Shown in pieces: positions 6,973 to 16,582 of a stretch of 26,982 nucleotides of DNA. Below the pieces are notes generated by a model. The model was not told the origin of the DNA and did not search any database. It saw only the letters and a list, made by a program, of their open reading frames with translations. The DNA comes from a virus (Duplodnaviria; Caudoviricetes): the IMG/VR virus record IMGVR_UViG_3300037470_000185, positions 1-26,982 of that record; one strand, written 5' to 3'. The translations under genes were made by a program, and so were the position numbers. Each line of letters opens with the position of its first letter. Position 1 is the stretch's first letter.

Positions 6973-9095
6973 TGGCGCTTGATCTGGCCGAAATAAAGCG
7001 GTTGCATGACAAAGCCTATCAGGCGGGCCAAGTTACGCGCCAACGCGCGGCTGATGATATGTGTTTCTATTTCATCACCCAGTGGTCCAGTGAACTACTT
7101 GATGATACGCAGCTTACCTATCGGGGTGAGTTTAACATCCTGAAAAAAGCAGGTAGGCAAATTCTTTCCGACCTAGCAGAAAACCCTGTACAAGTTGATT
7201 TTGAGCCTGTGGACGAGACACGGGACGATGCCGCCGAGTTGCTGGATGGACTGTACCGCACCGATGACAACGCCAACACCTCATTGAACGCATATGCCAA
7301 CGCAATGCAGGAAACCGTTGTCTGTGGCGTGGGGGCGTGGATGCTGTTCACTCGCTACGAGAGCAACCGGGCTGGCAACAAGCGGCAAGTAATTGACCGC
7401 TGGCCGATCTTCGAGGCAAACAACAGCGTCTTTTGGGATCCAGGCGCACGGCTGATGGATAAGTCTGATGCCGACTATGTATCTGTTCTGTGCTCGTATT
7501 CGGAGGACGGTTACAAAAAGCTGGTTAAGGAACTGACCGGGGAAGAAGTCACCAACGTCGCAGAATCATTCAAGCACCCGGAGCAATCCTATACGTTCCC
7601 CTGGTATCTGAAGGGCAAAACCGTCTATGTCGCCAAGTTTTACCACAGGGAGAAGGTTGACGTAAAAATCCTGACCATGCTTGATCCATTTGGGCAGACG
7701 CTGGAGCTGGCCGAGTCTGAGCTATCCGATGTGATGGATGAAATGCTCGATGAAGGGTACACCATCGAGAGCGAACGAGAGATTGAGCAGTATCAGGTTA
7801 CAGAATATATCTGCTCGGGTTGCGAAATTCTTGAATCAAAGGTGATTGCAGGGCAGCATATCCCGATTATTCCAGTTTATGGGGAACGGGCCTATGTTGA
7901 GGGCGAAGAGCATTATGAGGGAGTAACCAGGCTAGCAAAAGACCCGCAGATGTTGCGTAATTTCCAAATGTCCTACCTGGCCGACATTGTGTCTCAGTCT
8001 CCCCGCGAGAAGCCCATATTCCTGCAAGAGCAGATCGCTGGATTTGAAGATTACTATTCGATGACCGGGGCGGATAATAATTACGCCTATCTTCTGCAAA
8101 ATAGAAAGGCGCTTGATGGTACCGACCTACCCATTGGCCCTATTGCCATGTTGCCAGCCCCGCAAGTACCACCAGCCCTGGCCGGATCATTGGAGTTGTC
8201 GCGCCAGGCGGTGGAGGATGTAGCAAACCCTGGAATCCCGCAGGATATTGCCGACCCTGATTTGTCCGGCAAGGCAGTTCTCGCTTTGGAGCGGCGGCTT
8301 GATATGCAGTCCATGGTATACCAGGAACACTACAAGCACGCAAAGCGCAGGGATGGCCAGGTTTATGCCTCAATGGCGGCAGCAGTGTATGATGTGCCCC
8401 GAAAAATCAAAATGACGTTACCAGATGGCACCACCAAAGAATCAATGGTGATGCAGACAGTCATCGACAAAGAAACCGGAGACCTCGTAACGCTCAACGA
8501 TTTAAGCAACGCAGAGTTCGAGGTGTATAGCCAGATCGGCGCAAGCTATAGCAGCAAGAAAGAGCAGACCATTGACCGACTGCAAGAATTGATTTCTACC
8601 GTGCCGGAAGGAGACCCGCTCCGCAAGGCGTTGTATCTCAAGATGCTGACCTTGATGGATGGCGTGAACTTTGACGATATCCGGGAATACGCCAACAAGC
8701 AACTTGTTCTCCAAGGCTTCAAGACCCCAGAGACCGATGAAGAGAAGCAGCTACTTGAAGAATCGCAGAAGAATCAGGCCCCAGATGCCGCAATGGTCCT
8801 TGCTATGGCCGAGGACAAGAAGGGCGAGGCCCAACTCCTGGAGCAGCAGCGCAAGGGCATAGAAATGCAACTTGAGGCGGCAAACGAGAAGCTGAAACGG
8901 TTGATTGAGTCTTTTGATTCTCAAACAAAAAGGTTTGATGTGCAAGTGAACGCCGCAGTAGCGGACGCACAAATTGAGAATACGCGAACTGACACTTTTG
9001 CAAAGCAAATCGAAGCCGCAGCAAACGAGATTCCTTTGCGCAATCCTTACGAGATGAGCACAGAGGAGCTTTTTTCAGAATTACAAGCCGGGTAA
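6972..9095 (+). CDS. portal protein (P22 gp1-like)
   Basis: 707 aa. EETVVCGVGAW-type segment, HIPIIPVYGE, EGVTRLAKDPQMLRN, SGKAV, C-terminal coiled-coil barrel. Synteny supports the call. Confidence 0.95.
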   Translation: MALDLAEIKRLHDKAYQAGQVTRQRAADDMCFYFITQWSSELLDDTQLTYRGEFNILKKAGRQILSDLAENPVQVDFEPVDETRDDAAELLDGLYRTDDNANTSLNAYANAMQETVVCGVGAWMLFTRYESNRAGNKRQVIDRWPIFEANNSVFWDPGARLMDKSDADYVSVLCSYSEDGYKKLVKELTGEEVTNVAESFKHPEQSYTFPWYLKGKTVYVAKFYHREKVDVKILTMLDPFGQTLELAESELSDVMDEMLDEGYTIESEREIEQYQVTEYICSGCEILESKVIAGQHIPIIPVYGERAYVEGEEHYEGVTRLAKDPQMLRNFQMSYLADIVSQSPREKPIFLQEQIAGFEDYYSMTGADNNYAYLLQNRKALDGTDLPIGPIAMLPAPQVPPALAGSLELSRQAVEDVANPGIPQDIADPDLSGKAVLALERRLDMQSMVYQEHYKHAKRRDGQVYASMAAAVYDVPRKIKMTLPDGTTKESMVMQTVIDKETGDLVTLNDLSNAEFEVYSQIGASYSSKKEQTIDRLQELISTVPEGDPLRKALYLKMLTLMDGVNFDDIREYANKQLVLQGFKTPETDEEKQLLEESQKNQAPDAAMVLAMAEDKKGEAQLLEQQRKGIEMQLEAANEKLKRLIESFDSQTKRFDVQVNAAVADAQIENTRTDTFAKQIEAAANEIPLRNPYEMSTEELFSELQAG

Positions 9096-9102
9096 TCCCG
9101 GT

Positions 9103-9160
9103 GTCCCTAGCTGGCGGGGAGTATGCCAGCGACCCTAACTGACGGGGCGTAAGTCAGGAC
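9103..9160 (+). promoter_or_regulatory. tandem stem-loops upstream of the scaffold gene
   Basis: 28-bp direct repeat: CTGGC-GGGGAGTAT-GCCAG and CTGAC-GGGGCGTAA-GTCAG, with a compensatory base-pair change. Confidence 0.6.
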
Positions 9161-9184
9161 AACCGAACTGTAGGAGAAAACAGG

Positions 9185-10117
9185 ATGCCAGACGAAGAAG
9201 AAGTAGCAGTAGACGTAGAAGTTGAGGAAGCCGTTGCAGATCAGGACGCGGCCAAGGAAGAGACCGGACAGGACGCCGAAGAACATCAGGAAGAACCGGA
9301 TGGAGAAGCTGAGTTTTGGCAGAACATCGACAAAGACGAGGCAGACGAAAGTGTTCCGGTAGCATCCCATATTCGGCTGAAAGAAAAGCTGAAGGGCCGG
9401 ATTAAAGAGCGCGACTCCGAAATTGACGAGTTGCGCAGGGAGCTGGCCGAAGTTAAGGCTGGTCGGGTAGTACCTACGGCAACACTGAAGCGGCCACGGG
9501 TAGAAGAGTTCGACACCGATGAAGAGTTTGAAGCGGCGCTTGACCAATACGAGGAGCAGCGGCTTTCTCAGTTGGCAGGCCGAACAAATCAGGCAGAGCA
9601 GCTCAAGAAGCAGAAGGAAGAAAGAACTGCCTCTGTTGATTCGCACTATAAACGCGCCGATGACTTTGTATCGAAGTACGGAATCGCCCCGGAGAAGTAC
9701 AAGAGCGCGGACGAGTCGATCAGGAAAGCGGTTGACGTTGTAATACCTGGGCAGGGGGAGGCCATTACCGACCACCTTATTTCCCTGCTTGGCGAAGGAT
9801 CGGAAAAGGTTTTGTTCCGTGTTGGAGCAAGGCCGGAAATACTGCGTGAGTTCCAGTCCTTGCTTGCAGAAGACAAGACCGGGCTTAAAGCAGGAATTTT
9901 TCTTGGAAAACAAATGGAATTAGTCACTAACCCAAAAAAGCGGACCACTAACGCCCCGCCACCATCTCGCCAACTGAAAGGCGATGCTGCCCCGAATGCG
10001 AATGCCGCTGCCCTGAAGAAGGTATATCAGGAAGCTCACAAAAGTGGCGACAACCAAAAGGCGTATGCAGCCAAGAAGCAGGCAAGATCGGCAGGCGTGA
10101 ATGTGTCCACATGGTAA
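9185..10117 (+). CDS. capsid scaffolding protein (P22 gp8-like)
   Basis: Acidic N-terminus, coiled coils, P..EEF.TDEEF motif, basic C-terminal helix. Lies between portal and coat. Confidence 0.88.
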   Translation: MPDEEEVAVDVEVEEAVADQDAAKEETGQDAEEHQEEPDGEAEFWQNIDKDEADESVPVASHIRLKEKLKGRIKERDSEIDELRRELAEVKAGRVVPTATLKRPRVEEFDTDEEFEAALDQYEEQRLSQLAGRTNQAEQLKKQKEERTASVDSHYKRADDFVSKYGIAPEKYKSADESIRKAVDVVIPGQGEAITDHLISLLGEGSEKVLFRVGARPEILREFQSLLAEDKTGLKAGIFLGKQMELVTNPKKRTTNAPPPSRQLKGDAAPNANAAALKKVYQEAHKSGDNQKAYAAKKQARSAGVNVSTW

Positions 10118-10133
10118 ATAAGGAGTAGTCACC

Positions 10134-11414
10134 ATGGCATCATTGACCACCGGCAAAGTCGCCGAAGTAATGTTTGAAAAGTTTATCGAGACCTATGACC
10201 AGCAGACCGACTTGCTGGACAAGGTAAATTTCCATGAGCCTGACGGGGAGCAGATGCAGAACAGCTCCAACGTCATCTGGACCCCTGTTCAGCAGCATGC
10301 CCCGGTAATTTCTGGGTGGGACGTTTCCAACCAGGAGACAGGCATCATCCAAGAGACCTACCCCGCAGTTCTGGGCACCCCGTCCAACGATTGGGTAGAA
10401 CAGCGGGCAGACGATATGCGTACCGAACGGTTTTGGGCTGACCGCGCCAAAGTATCCGCACGGAAGCAGGCCATGTACCTGAACACGCAGATTGCAAGTT
10501 CCATCAAAAACCAAGGGTCTCTGTTTTATCGGTCCAACGTGGATTCCGGCTATGAGTTTATCGCTGAGGCCCAGGCCATGATGAACGAGCGGCAGCTGAT
10601 CGACAATGGCCGGACCTTCATTCTCAATGATCGGGACCAGTTGCATTTTTCCAAAGACCTTGCCGCACGGCAGACCTTGCAGGGCCGCCCGGATGAGACT
10701 TGGAAGAATGGTCAGATCGGAAAGAATATTGCCGGGTTTGATCTGTTTACCGGCTCTTATTTGCCGAACATCACCGGTGCCGCTGATCCTGCTGTTACCG
10801 TAACCGGCGATCAGAGCTTTGCGCCGCAGGCAGGGTCCGTAAACGCGACCACCCTTGTCGTTACCAACGTCGATTACCGCGAGGCTTCGATTGTTGTCAA
10901 TGACAGCTCTCTCCTGGCCGTAGGCGATAAGATCACCATCGAAAACTCCGGTGTTCCTGTCTACGCACTCGGTAAGGGAGACAAGACCAACACCGGCCAG
11001 GCAATGACCTTCACGGTTATCGAGTTGACTGACTCGACCCATATCAAGGTATACCCGAAACCCATTGCCGCAGATGATTCCAGCCTGTCTGTGGTTGAGG
11101 CCGCATACGCCAATATCGATACACAGATTTTGAACGCTGCCACCATCACCCGGCTGAACACCGATGCGTCGAACAAGGTCAATTTGTTCTTTGACAAGAT
11201 GGCTGTTGAGGTCATCGGTGGCACCATTCCGGCCAGCCTGTTCAGCCAGTTCAACACTGCTAAGGTGCTGAGTGACACCATGAGCAACGGCTTGGGCGTA
11301 TATCTGCTGTATGACGGCAACATTGCCACCATGAACTTCCGGTTCCGGCTGTTCACCTGGTGGGGCGTAACCATCGCCGACCCGTCAAATTGTGGATGCG
11401 CTGTAACCTACTAA
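10134..11414 (+). CDS. major capsid protein (P22 gp5-like)
   Basis: 426 aa. MQNSSNVIWTPVQQ, G+IGKNIAGFD, VTNVDYR, GDKIT insertion domain, C-terminal RFRLFTWWGV. Confidence 0.93.
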   Translation: MASLTTGKVAEVMFEKFIETYDQQTDLLDKVNFHEPDGEQMQNSSNVIWTPVQQHAPVISGWDVSNQETGIIQETYPAVLGTPSNDWVEQRADDMRTERFWADRAKVSARKQAMYLNTQIASSIKNQGSLFYRSNVDSGYEFIAEAQAMMNERQLIDNGRTFILNDRDQLHFSKDLAARQTLQGRPDETWKNGQIGKNIAGFDLFTGSYLPNITGAADPAVTVTGDQSFAPQAGSVNATTLVVTNVDYREASIVVNDSSLLAVGDKITIENSGVPVYALGKGDKTNTGQAMTFTVIELTDSTHIKVYPKPIAADDSSLSVVEAAYANIDTQILNAATITRLNTDASNKVNLFFDKMAVEVIGGTIPASLFSQFNTAKVLSDTMSNGLGVYLLYDGNIATMNFRFRLFTWWGVTIADPSNCGCAVTY

Positions 11415-11420
11415 CCAATG

Positions 11421-11444
11421 AGGGGGGCCTAGTGCCCCCTTTTT
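11421..11444 (+). terminator. intrinsic terminator after the coat gene
   Basis: aggggggc-ctagt-gccccc followed by ttttt. Confidence 0.65.
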
Positions 11445-11462
11445 ACCAAAGGAGTAAACGAT

Positions 11463-11831
11463 ATGTCCCGTATTTTGAGAATGGGTGAACTTTATCACCG
11501 AAACGACGCAGATGCCACCGATGATCTGAATACCACATGTGCCGCTGATGTTTTGGCTATCCCTGTAACGCACGCCTACGTTGCTAAAACGACAGGCGCT
11601 GATGCTGAGGCTCTGACCCTGGCTGATGGCGTACCCGGCCAGGTGTTGGTTGTCAATCTGACCACTGATGGCGGCGGCGATGGCACCTTGACCCCGGCCA
11701 CCAAGACCGGCTTTTTGACCATCGTCTTTGCTGACGCACAAGATCAGGCCGTCTTGCTGTATGTTGATGACACTATTGGGTGGATTCTGATTGGCGCGAA
11801 AGGCGCAACTCAACCGCCTGTAACCACCTAA
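11463..11831 (+). CDS. putative capsid decoration or fibre protein
   Basis: Directly after coat. Beta-rich TLADG.PG...GG..TLT.AT...W domain, similar to the tailspike C-terminus. Confidence 0.6.
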   Translation: MSRILRMGELYHRNDADATDDLNTTCAADVLAIPVTHAYVAKTTGADAEALTLADGVPGQVLVVNLTTDGGGDGTLTPATKTGFLTIVFADAQDQAVLLYVDDTIGWILIGAKGATQPPVTT

Positions 11832-11870
11832 TCCTTGATGCTTTAAGCATCCTGAACAAAGGAGCAAGAA

Positions 11871-12842
11871 ATGCGTAAAACAAGAGATTTTTACCATACC
11901 GGGTTGCAGACCTCCCGGAGCCAGATTCAGGCAGCGTTGAACCTGACTGGCCCTGGCGATATCTGGTTTGTCGATTACCGGAACGGCAACAATTCAAATG
12001 GCGGGCAGTCATGGGCCGATGCTTTCAAAACCTACTCGGCAGCTGTCGCCGCAGCCACCGACAACAATAACGATGTTATCCTGATCGATGGCGACTCTAC
12101 CGTTGTTGAGACGGCAATGGTGTCTATCACCAAGAACCGCCTGCACACCATCGGCATCAACGGAATGCTCGGTCACTACGGCCAGGGGGCAAAGATTTCT
12201 TGTGCCGCCTCTTCTGGGGCCGCCAACATTGCCACGGTGCAGAACACCGGCATCCGCAACACCTTCATGGGTATCAAGTTCATCGGCAGCCACACCGTTA
12301 CAGAGGGGATTTACGCTGTTGCTGAGGGCGGGGAGTTTGCCCGGTATTTCAACTGCGAATTCTACAAAGACACCGACCTTGATGCAACAACCGCCGCCGA
12401 ACTGTTGCACAACGGTGACAGCGCCATGTTTTACGACTGTACGTTTGGGTCTACGGCAAATATCGTGGCTGATAATTGCATCCGCCCGAATGTGAAAGTC
12501 ACGGCTACTCTGGCCGGCAAGAAATGCAGGGACACCTATTTTGAGAACTGCCTGTTTTTCTCCAAGGCAGGTGGTACCGAACATGTCGCGGTATACGGTG
12601 CGAACGCCACGGATGTTGAAAGAATGTTGCTGATGAAGGATTGCACCTTTGTAAATAACATCCTTTCAGCGGCTACTCCGGCTCACGCGGTTGGATTCGG
12701 AGCAGCACAGACGGAAGGTGTGGTTATCTTGAAGAACTGCACCTCTGTAGACCATACCGTTATGGCGCAGGCCGCTGTTGGCATCTATGTTGATGGTGCA
12801 GTTCCCACATTTGCTTCTTCCGGCGTATCGGTCGCAAGCTAA
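11871..12842 (+). CDS. right-handed beta-helix (pectin-lyase-fold) protein, probably virion-associated
   Basis: IWFVD..NGNNSNGGQSWADAFKT..AAV cap. Repeated F.NC.F, F.DC.F and KDCTF rungs. Confidence 0.75.
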   Translation: MRKTRDFYHTGLQTSRSQIQAALNLTGPGDIWFVDYRNGNNSNGGQSWADAFKTYSAAVAAATDNNNDVILIDGDSTVVETAMVSITKNRLHTIGINGMLGHYGQGAKISCAASSGAANIATVQNTGIRNTFMGIKFIGSHTVTEGIYAVAEGGEFARYFNCEFYKDTDLDATTAAELLHNGDSAMFYDCTFGSTANIVADNCIRPNVKVTATLAGKKCRDTYFENCLFFSKAGGTEHVAVYGANATDVERMLLMKDCTFVNNILSAATPAHAVGFGAAQTEGVVILKNCTSVDHTVMAQAAVGIYVDGAVPTFASSGVSVAS

Positions 12843-12848
12843 CCACTT

Positions 12849-12880
12849 GGGGCCGGGGGGCCTAAAAACTCCCTGGCCCC
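12849..12880 (+). other. GC-rich intergenic hairpin
   Basis: ggggccgggggg-cctaaaaa-ctccctggcccc with G-U pairs. No T-tract follows. Confidence 0.5.
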
Positions 12881-12893
12881 GTTGGAGGATATA

Positions 12894-13349
12894 ATGTCAG
12901 TAATATTGTTTAAGAGGGGAACCGGATCGCCGGTAAAAGTAAACGAACACGGATTTGAACACAGCGTAGCGTCTGGGGAGTATTTTTTAACCAAGGACGC
13001 AGCAATCAGCGCGGATAAGGTTGCCGCCGAGGCTGTTGAATTGCCCAAGGTTGAAGAAGAGACACCGCTTGAGGCAGAAAAGGCCGAGGTCGAAGAGGTT
13101 GCCCTTGAGCAAACCGAACTCCTTGAGGAAGAGGTGGAGATCCTCGACGCCGATGACTTAGAGGAGGTGCTTGAGGCAGGGGGTTCCCCCGGCGAAGGCT
13201 TGGGCGCGGAAGAAGGCGGCTTGGCGGAGGAAGGACTCACCGAAGAGGTGGAGGTGCTTGACGAGACCGCGACCGAAGAGCGTCACGAAAAAACCGAAGA
13301 AGCAAAAGTCCCGCGCAAAACGCGGAGGAAAAAGGGCGACCTCAAGTGA
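12894..13349 (+). CDS. Glu-rich low-complexity protein with basic C-terminal tail
   Basis: GGAGG RBS. Short globular N-terminus, long E-rich tract, ends KVPRKTRRKKGDLK. Occupies the coat-to-gp4 slot. Confidence 0.7.
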   Translation: MSVILFKRGTGSPVKVNEHGFEHSVASGEYFLTKDAAISADKVAAEAVELPKVEEETPLEAEKAEVEEVALEQTELLEEEVEILDADDLEEVLEAGGSPGEGLGAEEGGLAEEGLTEEVEVLDETATEERHEKTEEAKVPRKTRRKKGDLK

Positions 13350-14071
13350 CAACGAAAGTTGACCGAATAAACGCCGCATACGTCGAGTTGCGTATCTCTG
13401 GCCTTACCTCCTCACCAACGGCGGAAGACCTGGAGCTTGCCCTTGGAGTGCTTGAAAACATGGCGGCTGAGTTCGAGGCGAATAACATCTGCTTGGGCTA
13501 CGCCTTTGAGCAGAACCCAGACCTGAACACGCCGCACAATATAGAGCGTCGGTTCTGGAGCGGCCTTTCGTTGTGTCTCGCTGCCCGGTTAATTGATAGC
13601 TTTGGTAAAGAGCCGACTGCCACCTTGCTGCCAAGGATACAAGCAGCATTCTCTTTTTTGTCGGCCAGGACAGCCCCCTTAAAAAGGACACGCTACCCTT
13701 CTCGGCATCCTGTTGGCGCAAAGAATCGATTTGTTGGGCGGCAGAACTTCTACGAGACAATTGATGAAGCCCCGCTCGGTTGTGCAACCAATGAGATGTT
13801 CTTGGGGGATGTTGACAATTTCACCGAGGATTTTACCGCCTGGCTGACCTCTGGGGAAACGATCAGCTCTTACACCATTACGGCCAATACAGGCTTGACG
13901 ATTGTTTCCAATTCCAACACTGATACGGCAGTATCTTACCAGATACGCGCGGTTGGGACTAACGGAGAAAACTCAGACGCATTGTTACAATTAAAAATCG
14001 TCGTAACCTCTTCCGCAACTAGGAAAGTCACACGGATTATAAACTTCAAGCTGAACAGCGCGACTATATGA
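13346..14071 (+). CDS. head-to-tail adaptor (P22 gp4-like) fused to a C-terminal Ig-like domain
   Basis: TK.D.INAA...LENMAAE..LGY.F..LAARL..YPSRHPVG matches the gp4 pattern. About 90 extra aa (DFTAWLTSGETISS...). Confidence 0.85.
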   Translation: MTTKVDRINAAYVELRISGLTSSPTAEDLELALGVLENMAAEFEANNICLGYAFEQNPDLNTPHNIERRFWSGLSLCLAARLIDSFGKEPTATLLPRIQAAFSFLSARTAPLKRTRYPSRHPVGAKNRFVGRQNFYETIDEAPLGCATNEMFLGDVDNFTEDFTAWLTSGETISSYTITANTGLTIVSNSNTDTAVSYQIRAVGTNGENSDALLQLKIVVTSSATRKVTRIINFKLNSATI

Positions 14072-15465
14072 ATGTCAACTTGATAAAAGGCGACAAGATC
14101 GACGCAAATGTTGATTACCGGGACGCTTTGCCGGTGAACATGTACGCCGTGAAGAAAGAAATCCTTGGTGCAAAAGGCTACATGCTTGCATGCCCCGGCA
14201 TCACTCAATTTGGCACTGGAAGCGGGGTAGATCGAGGGGCAATTTACAACGAGCGACTTGAAAAGCAATTCCGGGTATCAGGCAGCGAATTGATAAGCGT
14301 TGGGTCCGATGGCGCTACTACTACTTTAGGTGGTATTTCAGGAATAAAACAAGCAGCCATGCCATATAGCTTCAACACCCAGGCAATCATCGTAGACGGA
14401 AAGATGTGGCTGTATAGTTCAGGGCTGCTTACGCAAGTAACCGCTTCTGGGATTGGTGCCCCTATAGATGGCACATGGATAGACGGTTACTATTTTTTAA
14501 CGGACGGAGAAAATCTGTACCACACGGAGCTTACAAACGAGGCGGCGGTAAATGGTCTAAGTTACGCAACAGCAGAATTTATGCCTGATGATTCTCTTGG
14601 GGTAGGGAAAACACAAGATAACAAGGTTATTGTTTTTGGACGCTATACCCTGGAGTATTTTGTGAACGTAGCTACGGATAACTTTGCATTCAAGCGCCTT
14701 GAGACACGCGCGCAAAAGATCGGCATTGTTGCCACACACGCAAAATGCGAGGCAGCGGGAGATTGGTATATTGTCGGAGGCAGAAAAGAAGAAGCTCTGG
14801 GTGTTCATATTGTTGGGGCAAGTGCGGTAAAAAAAATCTCTACCAGAGAAATTGATAAGATCCTTTCAAGATACGCCGAAACAGAACTTTCAGACGTGAG
14901 GGTTGAGGCTAGGAGGGAAGACGGAACAACTTTTGTTATTGTCCACCTTCCATACGAAACTTTGTGCTTTAACCGGGAGATTGCCGAGGAGTTTGGGATT
15001 GAGTACGCATGGACACTCCTGCAATCAGGGGTTCAGGTTGAAGGGGCCTATATGGGGATTAACTGTGTGTTAGACCCACGGAACGGGAAGTTTGTTCTTG
15101 GCAGCCGGACTACATCAAATATCGGGCACCTTGACGATGCAACCTTTGCTCAATTCGGGGATATTCAAGAGGCGGTTATCTATTCGCCATTCGTAAACCT
15201 GGAAACGAAATCCGTTGACAAAATCCAGCTTGAAACTATAGCTGGCCGTAACATTATTAACGATGCCAAGGTGTTTGTTTCTATGTCGAGGCATGGGGAT
15301 GTTTTTGGACAAGAATACTCCATGGCTTACGGTGCTCCGCACGATTACCAGAAAAAGTTTATCATGCGCAGAATTGGTTACGTAGATTCGTGGGCAGGCT
15401 TTAAGTTTCGGGCCGCGACGAAATCGAGACTATCTTTTGCAAGCTTTGACGTGCAGGCTACATAA
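14068..15465 (+). CDS. tail hub / packaged-DNA stabilization protein (P22 gp10-like)
   Basis: LIKGD...DYRDALPVNM, PGI....G.DRG..YN, YATAE..PD, VFG..TLEYF, RRIG.V...GFKFR. Confidence 0.92.
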   Translation: MNVNLIKGDKIDANVDYRDALPVNMYAVKKEILGAKGYMLACPGITQFGTGSGVDRGAIYNERLEKQFRVSGSELISVGSDGATTTLGGISGIKQAAMPYSFNTQAIIVDGKMWLYSSGLLTQVTASGIGAPIDGTWIDGYYFLTDGENLYHTELTNEAAVNGLSYATAEFMPDDSLGVGKTQDNKVIVFGRYTLEYFVNVATDNFAFKRLETRAQKIGIVATHAKCEAAGDWYIVGGRKEEALGVHIVGASAVKKISTREIDKILSRYAETELSDVRVEARREDGTTFVIVHLPYETLCFNREIAEEFGIEYAWTLLQSGVQVEGAYMGINCVLDPRNGKFVLGSRTTSNIGHLDDATFAQFGDIQEAVIYSPFVNLETKSVDKIQLETIAGRNIINDAKVFVSMSRHGDVFGQEYSMAYGAPHDYQKKFIMRRIGYVDSWAGFKFRAATKSRLSFASFDVQAT

Positions 15466-16523
15466 TGGCAACCACGCAGTCTCAAATAAAAAATTTCTAT
15501 CTTAGCCCTACAGAGCTAAAAGCCCTTACCGGATGGCCTGATGTTGTCATAGAGTTTTTACTTAGCCTAGCTGATAGCGTTATTATTACAAGCCAGGGAA
15601 TAGACGCTACGACAGTATCGTCAGAGATAAACTTGTTGCCTAATATTCCGCCATGTCCAGGGGAAGATGTTTCTCCAAAGCAAATAGTTTTTTCGCAGGA
15701 AGACAACTTGCTCCCACCATCGACAAACGATCATGGAGTGCTGTCTGGATTAGGTGATGATGACCATGCCCAATACTTACTTCTTAGCGGCAGAACTGGC
15801 GGACAGGTTGCTTATGGTGGCACGGGGGCAAGTGAGAACCTTGATCTTAACTCGACAAGCCACGCCACAAAAGGGAATATAAGAATTTACGATATTCCAG
15901 TTTTAAGCAAAGTTTCTGGAAATGGGATAAAGGTTGACCTATCAACCCCGACATATGGTTTTAGGGATTTACTAGGAGAAATAAAAATTCTAACTCCAGG
16001 AGCGAATGACCCCACATTAGCCACGTTTCGAGATGGTATAAAAGGATGGACTTTTAGTAATGCCGTAATGAATGAGGTATGGAACTATTATCACATTCCG
16101 CATGACTATGTGCCAGGAAGCGATATTTTTCTGCATTTTCATTGGGCGCAAAATGTAGTTGATTCTGGTGGGCCCGCCGGAGTTCCCGGTGATGTAAAAT
16201 GGCAAGCAGAGGTAATTTACGCGAAAGGTCACGATCAGGAGGCATATCCGGCATCATTTACCACATCTATCACACAAACGGCCAGTGGAACTCAATATCA
16301 ACATTTACTTGGAGAAGTTCAATTATCTGCAAGCTCTCCATCGGCAATACAAATTGATTCAGATTTACTTGAGCCGGACGGCGTAATAAAAATACGATCA
16401 TTTCGCGATCCAGTAGACGCAGCAGATACATTAAATCAAGTGCCATTTCTTGACTATGTAGATATTCATTATCAGTCAACAAACATAGCCACAAAGTCAA
16501 AAGCCCCAGACTTCTATTCATAG
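15465..16523 (+). CDS. tail protein in the gp26 (needle) position with a foreign-looking C-terminal domain
   Basis: Follows gp10. DHG.LSGLGDDDHAQYL fibre motif and H.PHDY.PG.DI..H.HW domain. AT-rich. Confidence 0.6.
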   Translation: MATTQSQIKNFYLSPTELKALTGWPDVVIEFLLSLADSVIITSQGIDATTVSSEINLLPNIPPCPGEDVSPKQIVFSQEDNLLPPSTNDHGVLSGLGDDDHAQYLLLSGRTGGQVAYGGTGASENLDLNSTSHATKGNIRIYDIPVLSKVSGNGIKVDLSTPTYGFRDLLGEIKILTPGANDPTLATFRDGIKGWTFSNAVMNEVWNYYHIPHDYVPGSDIFLHFHWAQNVVDSGGPAGVPGDVKWQAEVIYAKGHDQEAYPASFTTSITQTASGTQYQHLLGEVQLSASSPSAIQIDSDLLEPDGVIKIRSFRDPVDAADTLNQVPFLDYVDIHYQSTNIATKSKAPDFYS

Positions 16524-16582
16524 GTGCAACATGATAACAGTAAAAAATGGCTTAATAACCGGCTTCGCATAAGGAGACAATC

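Noticed and set aside
9107-11042. Long antisense ORFs (9107..9913, 10140..11042; also 4745..5476)
   Set aside because: They are shadow frames of well-supported + strand genes, with no motifs or RBS.
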